64,000 bases of DNA, taken from assembly GCA_015494465.1 (NCBI GenBank), contig WGBD01000002.1, positions 131,683-195,682 on the forward strand, written 5' to 3'. Below, in pieces: positions 57,484-64,000 of the stretch. Position numbers and translations under genes: made by a program. Positions within the stretch are counted from its first letter, which is position 1, and every line of letters starts with the position of its first letter. The DNA is from Candidatus Omnitrophota bacterium (GTDB taxonomy: Bacteria; Omnitrophota; Gorgyraeia; S143-82). Below the pieces are notes generated by a model. The model did not search any database and was not told where the DNA came from. It worked only from the letters and a program-made list of their open reading frames with translations.

Positions 57484-59013
57484 TCAATGTAAAAAGTGTC
57501 TCGACCTCGTGAACACCAGTGCAATCCCATACCGGTTGCAGGCCTCTATCACCTCGGGGTCTGCCTTGGACCCTGCGGGCTGGACGATGGCCCTTATCCC
57601 CGCCTCCGCGCACAATTCCACATTGTCAGTCTTGGGAAAGAAGGCATCGCTGGCAAGGACCGCGCCCTTGGCCCTTTCCCCTGCCTTATCCAGGGCAATC
57701 CTCACCGCGTCCACCCTGCTCATCTGCCCAGCCCCCACCCCGAGGACCTGCCCTCTCTTCGCGACCACTATCGCGTTGGACCGCACGAACCTTACCGCCC
57801 AGAAGGCAAAGAGAAGATCCTCCATCTGGGCCTTGGTGGGACGCCTCCTGCCCACCACCTCCAAATCCTCAATACCTTCCTTCAAGGCATCTCTCTCTTG
57901 GAGGAGGAATCCGTTAAAGGCCGGCCTGATGTGGGGTCCCGAGGTAAACCGCTTCACTCTCACCACCCGCAGGTTCTTCTTTTGACGAAACCACTCCAGT
58001 GCCCCCTTGGTAAACCCGGGGGCAACTACGCACTCCCGAAATCCGCTTCTGACTATCTCCTTCGCACAGGCCTCGTCTATTACCGCATTCACCCCGATTA
58101 TACCGCCGAAGGAAGACAACGGATCGCCTGCGTAGGCCCGACGATAGGCCTGGGCCGGGCTGTCGCCGATTGCCAGACCGCAGGGGTTGCCGTGCTTTAC
58201 TACCGTGGCGCATATTCGGGGTGAGAAAAACCTGACGATATCCCACGCAGAAGAGAGATCCATAATGTTGTTGTAGGACAGTTCCTTGCCCTGCAGTTTC
58301 TCAAACACCGGCCTCTCACCAAACGGCACACAGAATTTAGCGGACTGATGGGGATTCTCCCCGTACCTCAGGTCAAGGACCGCCTCCAGCCCCAGAGCAG
58401 GTTCGTCTTCCAGAGAAAGCCTATCCTTAAACATGGCCTGAGCTATCCAGAGGTCGTATCTAGCAGTTAGGTGAAAGACCTTCCCCGCCATCCGCCGACG
58501 GAAGGAAAGGCTGGTTGCCCCCTCGTGTCTGTCCAATTCCCGTCTCAAGAGCCTGTAATCGGAAATGTCGGATACGACGGTGACCCAGCGAAAGTTCTTT
58601 GCCCCTGCCCTCAGCATCGCGGGGCCTCCGATGTCTATGAACTCAACGAGGTCCTTCTCCCCCGACTTGAAGGCCTCCCGGAAGGGATAGAGGTTGACCA
58701 CCACCAGATCTATAGGATGGGCGCCCACCCGCCGAAGGTCCTCGGCGTCAGCGGTATTGTCCCGGCGGGACAACAGCCCCGCATGGATAATCGGATGCAG
58801 GGTCTTTACCCTGCCGGAGAGGATCTCCGGAGAAGAGGTGACCTCACTGACATCGCAGACCCTAACCCCCAACTCCCGCAGGCGCCGGGCGGTGTTCCCG
58901 GTGGAGATCACCTCTACATCGTAGGCGCGGAGGGTATCGGCCAGTTCCTCCAATCCCGTCTTGTCCCAGACGCTCACCAAGGCCCTTGATATCTTGACCA
59001 GATCGCCCTTCAT
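57484..59013 (-). CDS. purH: bifunctional AICAR transformylase / IMP cyclohydrolase
   Basis: 'ALVSVWDKTGLEELA' (MGS-like N-terminal domain), 'VVNLYPF', C-terminal AICARFT domain. The ATG at 59013 overlaps the thrC stop. Confidence 0.9.
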   Translation of the reverse strand: MKGDLVKISRALVSVWDKTGLEELADTLRAYDVEVISTGNTARRLRELGVRVCDVSEVTSSPEILSGRVKTLHPIIHAGLLSRRDNTADAEDLRRVGAHPIDLVVVNLYPFREAFKSGEKDLVEFIDIGGPAMLRAGAKNFRWVTVVSDISDYRLLRRELDRHEGATSLSFRRRMAGKVFHLTARYDLWIAQAMFKDRLSLEDEPALGLEAVLDLRYGENPHQSAKFCVPFGERPVFEKLQGKELSYNNIMDLSSAWDIVRFFSPRICATVVKHGNPCGLAIGDSPAQAYRRAYAGDPLSSFGGIIGVNAVIDEACAKEIVRSGFRECVVAPGFTKGALEWFRQKKNLRVVRVKRFTSGPHIRPAFNGFLLQERDALKEGIEDLEVVGRRRPTKAQMEDLLFAFWAVRFVRSNAIVVAKRGQVLGVGAGQMSRVDAVRIALDKAGERAKGAVLASDAFFPKTDNVELCAEAGIRAIVQPAGSKADPEVIEACNRYGIALVFTRSRHFLH

Positions 59014-60086
59014 ATCCGTTTGCCAAAGATCGCCTTCACCAAGGCGGACTTGTCCACCGGATAGGTCCTCTTGCTGGGCTTTACGACCGCCACCGCCCGA
59101 TCGGGGTCCTTTAGGCCGTGTCCGGTGAGTATGCACACGATTACGAACGGTCTTTTTATCTTTGCGAAGTAGCCCTCTTTTGCCTTCTTGAGAATCCCCG
59201 CCACTGAGGCCGCGGAGGCTGGTTCAGCAAAGATCCCCACTTCCCTGGCCATCAGTTTATAGGCCGAGATTATCTCCCTATCCGTCACCACATCTATGAG
59301 ACCTCTGGATTCCTTCACCGCGTTAACCGCGCCCTGCCAACTGGCGGGATTGCCTATCTTTATCGCGGTAGCGATGGTGCGGGGGTGTTTTATCGGTCTG
59401 CCCTTGACTATCGGTGCCGCCCCGCTGGCCTGAAAGCCCAGCATCTTGGGAAGGCGGGAGACGAATCCCCGCTCTTTATATTCCTTGTACCCCTTCCAAT
59501 ATGCGGTGATGTTCCCCGCATTGCCCACCGGGATGGCGTGGAAGTCCGGCACCCTTCCCAGTTGACGGCATATCTCTATCGCGCCGGTCTTCTGTCCCTC
59601 TATACGATAGGGGTTTATGGAATTCACCAATTCTATGGGATACTCCTGAGAGATCTCCCGCACTAGCCTCAATGCGTCGTCGAAGTTGCCCTCTATAGGG
59701 AGGACTTGGGCACCGTGGATCAGGGCCTGAGACAGCTTCCCGTAGGCAATGTTACCGGCGGGGATCACCACCACCGACTTTATCCCTGCCCTTGCAGCGT
59801 AGGCGGCGGCAGCAGCGGAGGTATTCCCGGTAGAGGCACAGATCACCGCCTTGGCACCTGCCTCCACCGCCTTGGACACCGCAACGGTCATACCCCGGTC
59901 CTTGAACGAGCCGGTAGGATTCATGCCCTCGAACTTGAGATACACCTGGGCATAGGGGCTTATCCTCTCGGCGATCTTGGGGGCCGGGATAAGCGGGGTA
60001 TTACCCTCCAGGAGGGTGACGATCGGCGTCTTCCGGCTGACCGGGAGAAAGTCCCAGTACTCCTTTATCACACCTCTCCAGGCCAT
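59010..60086 (-). CDS. thrC: threonine synthase
   Basis: 'FEGMNPTGSFKDRGMT' PLP-lysine motif. 358 aa. Confidence 0.9.
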   Translation of the reverse strand: MAWRGVIKEYWDFLPVSRKTPIVTLLEGNTPLIPAPKIAERISPYAQVYLKFEGMNPTGSFKDRGMTVAVSKAVEAGAKAVICASTGNTSAAAAAYAARAGIKSVVVIPAGNIAYGKLSQALIHGAQVLPIEGNFDDALRLVREISQEYPIELVNSINPYRIEGQKTGAIEICRQLGRVPDFHAIPVGNAGNITAYWKGYKEYKERGFVSRLPKMLGFQASGAAPIVKGRPIKHPRTIATAIKIGNPASWQGAVNAVKESRGLIDVVTDREIISAYKLMAREVGIFAEPASAASVAGILKKAKEGYFAKIKRPFVIVCILTGHGLKDPDRAVAVVKPSKRTYPVDKSALVKAIFGKRI

Positions 60087-60100
60087 ATTCCAACCCCTTT

Positions 60101-61384
60101 TTACAGGTCCACTATCCTTATCAGGACCGGCTCCCTCTTCACCACATCCAAGGCGGATATCTCCTCAAGGGCCTTGCGCATCTTCCCTTCGTCCACCTCA
60201 TGGGTTATCAATATCAGCGGAACCGTGTTGTTGCGCCCCTTCGCCCGTTCGGTCTGCTGAACCGAGGCGATACTCACCGAATGTGCCCCTAAGACCCCAG
60301 AGATCTTAGCCAAGACTCCCGGTTTGTCCACCACCGTAAGCCTCAGGTAATAACGCGACTCCACCCCAGCCAACCTCGGCGAGAAGTCCACCGCAGACCG
60401 TACCTGCGGACCTCCCCACAGCCTGCGCCGGCCTGCGTCCACTATGTCGCTGACCACCGCGCTGGCGGTAGGAAACCTGCCCGCGCCCCGACCGTAGAAC
60501 ATCATATCCCCTGCAGAGTCGCTCTTCACATAGAGGGCGTTGAAGACCCCGTCCACACTGGCGAGTAGGTGCTCTTCCGGGACCAGGGCAGGGTGCACTC
60601 TTATGTCCAGACCCTCCCTGCGCTGTTCTGCCACTGCCAACAACTTTATCCTATAGCCCATCTCCCCGGCGTAAAGCAGGTCCAACAGTTCCACCCGGGT
60701 AATGCCCTCCGTGGGTATCTTATCGGGATGCACATACTTGCCAAAGGATATCAGGGCGAGGAGGGATACCTTGTGGGCGGAATCTATCCCCTCCACATCC
60801 AGACTAGGATCCTTCTCTGCATAGCCCAACTCCTGGGCCTGCCTTAGGACCGCGTCGAACTCCATAGCGGAGTCGAACATGGAGGTCAGTATGTAATTGC
60901 AGGTGCCGTTCACTATCCCGTAAAGCCCGTGTATGCGGTTCACCACCAAGGCCTCGCGGATACCCTTTATCACCGGTATCGCCCCGCACACCGAGGCCTC
61001 GAAGAAGAGGTTCTCCCCCAGCCTTCCGATAGAGAATATCTCTTCCGCATACTCCGACACGAGGGCCTTGTTGGCGGTGACGACTATCTTTCCATTTTTC
61101 AGGGCGGAGAGCACTATATCCTTTGCCACCTTCGTCCCGCCGACCAGTTCCACGACTATGTCTACCCGGGGATCGCCCACCACCTTCTTCCAGTCCTTGG
61201 TGGTTATCTCCCCGGGGACCTTACCGATCCCCCTGTCCCGGGAGAAATCCCGGTCGCAGAGGCTAAGCAACCGGATGTCCATCCCGGTACGCGAAGCCAG
61301 CAGTCTCCTACGGCTAAGCAACAACTTGACCACGCCCGCACCGATGGTGCCAAATCCAATCACTCCAACCCCTACCGATCTCAC
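60101..61384 (-). CDS. hom: homoserine dehydrogenase (with C-terminal ACT domain)
   Basis: 'VGVIGFGTIGAGVV', 'ITANKALV', C-terminal ACT domain. Confidence 0.9.
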   Translation of the reverse strand: MRSVGVGVIGFGTIGAGVVKLLLSRRRLLASRTGMDIRLLSLCDRDFSRDRGIGKVPGEITTKDWKKVVGDPRVDIVVELVGGTKVAKDIVLSALKNGKIVVTANKALVSEYAEEIFSIGRLGENLFFEASVCGAIPVIKGIREALVVNRIHGLYGIVNGTCNYILTSMFDSAMEFDAVLRQAQELGYAEKDPSLDVEGIDSAHKVSLLALISFGKYVHPDKIPTEGITRVELLDLLYAGEMGYRIKLLAVAEQRREGLDIRVHPALVPEEHLLASVDGVFNALYVKSDSAGDMMFYGRGAGRFPTASAVVSDIVDAGRRRLWGGPQVRSAVDFSPRLAGVESRYYLRLTVVDKPGVLAKISGVLGAHSVSIASVQQTERAKGRNNTVPLILITHEVDEGKMRKALEEISALDVVKREPVLIRIVDL

Positions 61385-61962
61385 CTCGTCTGTCCTCCTG
61401 TCAATTCCTCCTCCAGGAGCTCCGCCAGTATGTGAAGGCAGACCTCGTGGACCTCCTGTATCCGGGGCGTGCTCTCCGAAGGCACCTTTATACAGGCATC
61501 GCTCAAGGCCTCCAACTCCGAAGGCCTGCCTCCTATGAGGCTTACCACCTTCAACCCTTTCTCCTTGGCGAGTCGCCCCGCTCGAATCACATTGGCAGAG
61601 GATCCAGAGGTGGATATCCCGACGAAGACATCCCCGTCCTCTCCCAAGGCCTCGACCTCGCGCTCAAAGACGGTCTCGTAGCCGAGGTCGTTGGCGCAGG
61701 CGGTCAGGACAGCCGGGTTCACTCCCAAGGCAATGCAGGGCAGGGCGGAGCGGTTTTTACGAAACCTCACCACCAACTCCCCACAGAAGTGCTGGGCATC
61801 GGAACAACTCCCACCGTTCCCGCAGATAAGGACCTTTTTCCCCGATCTTAAGGCCTCAGACAGCAGAGAAAAGGCCTTCTGGAGATCGGGAAGGCAGCAG
61901 TCCAGAAACCTCTGTTTGACCGCTATAGACTCCTCTAAGAGAGATCTGATCTTATCTTCCAT
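61381..61962 (-). CDS. gmhA: SIS-domain phosphoheptose isomerase
   Basis: 'VLICGNGGSCSDAQHF' and 'VFVGISTSGSSANV' motifs. 193 aa. Confidence 0.8.
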   Translation of the reverse strand: MEDKIRSLLEESIAVKQRFLDCCLPDLQKAFSLLSEALRSGKKVLICGNGGSCSDAQHFCGELVVRFRKNRSALPCIALGVNPAVLTACANDLGYETVFEREVEALGEDGDVFVGISTSGSSANVIRAGRLAKEKGLKVVSLIGGRPSELEALSDACIKVPSESTPRIQEVHEVCLHILAELLEEELTGGQTR

Positions 61963-61964
61963 GC

Positions 61965-62591
61965 CTACACATCCATGTTCCTAAAGGGAATGGGGACCTC
62001 TTCCTCGTTTACCTCTTGACCGCGCGGTTTCTTTGGTTCGGAGACCTTTATCACCTTCACCCTGACCTTCACCGGTGCGGAGATACCTATGATCTCTCTT
62101 ATCCTCTCAGATACGAGATCCTGGATCCTCTCGCTTATCTCCTTCAGGTGGACATTTGGTTTCATCACCACCCGCACATCCACCACCAAGGCCTTGCCCA
62201 GCATATACGAATCCTGACGGATCTCCAAGATCTCTTTGATCTCCTTGCCCACCTCCTTTACGATGTTCTCCACCGGGGAATGGAGGGAGATCATTATCTC
62301 CCCCGAAGGGGTCTTGAACTTCACCGTCTTGTCCCTATGGGGGCCTCCAAAACTCAGTCCCCACAACAGGAAGGTCAGGCCCAAAAGCCCAACTCCCGTC
62401 CAAAACACATACGAGAGGTAGGTAGGATTGCTATACAGCAGGTCTATACCGTTCCTCACCACTTCCTGGGGTATCCCTATGTATTCCCCCAGACCAATCG
62501 CCTCCGCCCCTACCATCATTAACAACAGGGCCACGAATATAGTCAACGCACTGTACACGAACACCGCAAACAGGGCACCAAAGTTCCGCAT
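61965..62591 (-). CDS. membrane protein with C-terminal Asp23/Gls24-like domain
   Basis: Three N-terminal TM helices, then 'IVKEVGKEIKEILEIRQDSYMLGKALVVDVRVV..VKVRVKV', which matches the Asp23 pattern. Confidence 0.5.
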   Translation of the reverse strand: MRNFGALFAVFVYSALTIFVALLLMMVGAEAIGLGEYIGIPQEVVRNGIDLLYSNPTYLSYVFWTGVGLLGLTFLLWGLSFGGPHRDKTVKFKTPSGEIMISLHSPVENIVKEVGKEIKEILEIRQDSYMLGKALVVDVRVVMKPNVHLKEISERIQDLVSERIREIIGISAPVKVRVKVIKVSEPKKPRGQEVNEEEVPIPFRNMDV

Positions 62592-62609
62592 ACCCCACCC
62601 CCTTTGATT

Positions 62610-63974
62610 TTACACGCACTCCATCAGTCTCTCGTCTATGTAGTTGGTCGAGTACCGCCCCAAAGCAAAGGCGGGATCGCCCATTATCATCTCGTGCAGA
62701 GGGATCAATGTCTTCACAGGATAGATCACGAACTCCCCCAAGGCCCTAGCCATGATGGTAATGGCCTCGTCTCTGGTCTTCCCGTAAGAGATCACCTTGG
62801 CCAACAGGGAGTCGTAAAAGGGAGGCACCTCGTAGCCACCGTATATGTGGGTATCCACCCTAATCCCCCTCCCGCCAGGGATGTAAAGGTATTCAATCCG
62901 GCCTGGTGAAGGACGAAAGTTGTTCTCCCAGTCCTCTGCGTTTATCCTACACTCTATTGCGTGTCCGTTGATACGGATGTCCCTCTGCCTGTATCTTAGC
63001 CTTTCACCGGATGCCATGCGGATCTGCTCTTTTATCAGGTCGATCCCGGTTATCATCTCTGTGACCGGGTGTTCCACCTGGATGCGGGTATTCATCTCTA
63101 TGAAGTAGAAGTTCCCCTCCTCGTCCATCAGGAACTCCATGGTCCCCACATTGGTATACCCTACTGCCTTAGCGCCCTTTACCGCCAATTCCCCCAGCCT
63201 CTCCCTCTGCTTCTGAGAGAGCACGGGAGAAGGGGCTTCCTCTACGAGTTTTTGATGTTTCCTCTGTATAGTGCAGTCCCTTTCCCAAAGGTGGACAACA
63301 TTGCCGTACTTGTCCGCCAATATCTGGACCTCTATGTGGCGGGGATTGGCTATGAACTTCTCGATGTAGAGTCCACCGTCTCCAAAGGCCGCCTCTGCCT
63401 CCCTCTGGGCGGTTATAAACTCGTTGCGGAGGGACATGTCGTTGTGGCAGACCCTCATCCCCTTTCCCCCCCCACCCGCAGAGGCCTTTATCATCACCGG
63501 ATAGCCGATACGCCGAGCGATCTCTACCGCCTCTTCGGGGCTGTTAACCTTACCATCGCTACCCGGTATGACCGGTAAACCCGCCTTCTTCATCAGCTCT
63601 CTGGCCCTGACCTTGTCCCCCATCATGGATATGTTCTCCGGGCTAGGGCCGATAAATGTGATGTTGCAGGAGCGACAGACCTCTGCAAAGCGGGCGTTTT
63701 CCGCGAGGAATCCGTAACCGGGATGGATTGCGTCCACATCTGCAACCTCGGCAGCGCTTATAATCGCAGGGATGTTGAGGTAGCTGTCCTTGCTAGGCCC
63801 TGGGCCTATGCAGATGGCATCGTCCGCTAGGGAGACATGCACGCAGTTTTCGTCTGCCTTGGAATAGACTGCCACCGGAGATATGCCCAACTCCCTACAG
63901 GCGCGGATGATCCGCACCGCTATCTCGCCTCGATTGGCTATCAGGATCCTGGAAAACATCTGCGCCTCGCTCAC
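62610..63974 (-). CDS. accC: acetyl-CoA carboxylase biotin carboxylase subunit
   Basis: '[20 protein letters not shown]', ATP-grasp domain, '[14 protein letters not shown]'. The likely start is the internal ATG at 63959. Confidence 0.9.
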   Translation of the reverse strand: MSEAQMFSRILIANRGEIAVRIIRACRELGISPVAVYSKADENCVHVSLADDAICIGPGPSKDSYLNIPAIISAAEVADVDAIHPGYGFLAENARFAEVCRSCNITFIGPSPENISMMGDKVRARELMKKAGLPVIPGSDGKVNSPEEAVEIARRIGYPVMIKASAGGGGKGMRVCHNDMSLRNEFITAQREAEAAFGDGGLYIEKFIANPRHIEVQILADKYGNVVHLWERDCTIQRKHQKLVEEAPSPVLSQKQRERLGELAVKGAKAVGYTNVGTMEFLMDEEGNFYFIEMNTRIQVEHPVTEMITGIDLIKEQIRMASGERLRYRQRDIRINGHAIECRINAEDWENNFRPSPGRIEYLYIPGGRGIRVDTHIYGGYEVPPFYDSLLAKVISYGKTRDEAITIMARALGEFVIYPVKTLIPLHEMIMGDPAFALGRYSTNYIDERLMECV

Positions 63975-64000
63975 TCGGGTCTGATCAGGAACAGGACCTG
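63971..64000 (-). CDS. 3' end of upstream gene, probably biotin carboxyl carrier protein (partial)
   Basis: The frame ending '...QVLFLIRPE*' resembles a BCCP C-terminus. The stop overlaps the accC GTG (GTGA). Only 10 codons are in the window. Confidence 0.3.
   Translation of the reverse strand, partial: QVLFLIRPE

Noticed and set aside
57476-57613. N-terminal Arg/Gly-rich extensions of trpC (and similarly purH 59014..59136, pilA 12534..12566, pilV 12003..12062)
   Set aside because: The extensions overlap the 3' ends of the upstream genes. They are low-complexity and lack the conserved N-terminal motifs. Internal starts with Shine-Dalgarno sequences or stop-start overlaps fit better.
1-64000. 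CRISPR arrays, IS elements, integrases and prophage genes
   Set aside because: A scan for direct repeats with regular spacing and for transposase or integrase motifs (DDE, tyrosine recombinase R..HxxR..Y) found none. The tRNA-Ser and tRNA-Gln flanks carry no integrase or att-like duplications.

Overview
This is a 64 kb GC-rich window (about 57 percent GC by eye) that is almost entirely coding. Every credible gene lies on the minus strand, with roughly 70 CDS and 3 tRNAs, often joined by ATGA/GTGA overlapping stop-start codons. Most of the content is housekeeping, and the individual calls are in the feature list. The main groups are: ribosomal and tRNA-modification genes (rpsP, trmD, rplS); central metabolism and biosynthesis (ilvBH, pgk, a cimA/leuA-family synthase, hom, thrC, purH, trpC, an aspC-like aminotransferase, gmhA, accC, the pyrR-pyrB-pyrC operon, apt, ispF, coaE); genome maintenance and transcription (rho, a UvrD/PcrA helicase, DNA polymerase I); potassium uptake (trkH and trkA flanking a MoxR AAA+ ATPase); and three tRNAs (Met-CAT, Ser-TGA, Gln-CTG).

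The non-routine regions are as follows.

1. A type IV pilus locus: pilA, a pilV-like gene, a 564-aa PilX-like protein, a FimT/PilW-like minor pilin, then pilM, pilN and pilO. No pilP or pilQ is present. The pilA leader carries a consensus sigma70 promoter, a sequence closely matching the c-di-GMP-I (GEMM) riboswitch core, and an intrinsic terminator. An HD-GYP c-di-GMP phosphodiesterase is encoded in the same window.

2. A ParA/Soj-type partition ATPase fused to a C-terminal CBM48/AMPK-beta-like glycogen-binding domain, next to a membrane-anchored beta-sandwich protein. This looks like a candidate polysaccharide-granule positioning system and is the best novelty candidate here.

3. DNA polymerase I encoded as two overlapping out-of-frame ORFs (5'-3' exonuclease and polymerase), with almost no 3'-5' exonuclease domain.

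4. Tandem GalT-like HIT-family paralogs. The second has lost the HxHxQ catalytic motif.

5. An orphan V/A-type ATPase membrane-sector trio (G/H-like, C/d, I/a) with no catalytic or proteolipid subunits.

6. A GldA/GldF-GldG-like ABC system with a DUF4340 protein.

7. An AmmeMemoRadiSam-type radical SAM enzyme with no AMMECR1 or MEMO1 neighbours.

8. A lysine-rich histone H1-like protein with its own Shine-Dalgarno sequence and terminator.

No CRISPR array, mobile element or rRNA was seen. Plus-strand ORFs in the track are antisense artefacts of the high GC content.
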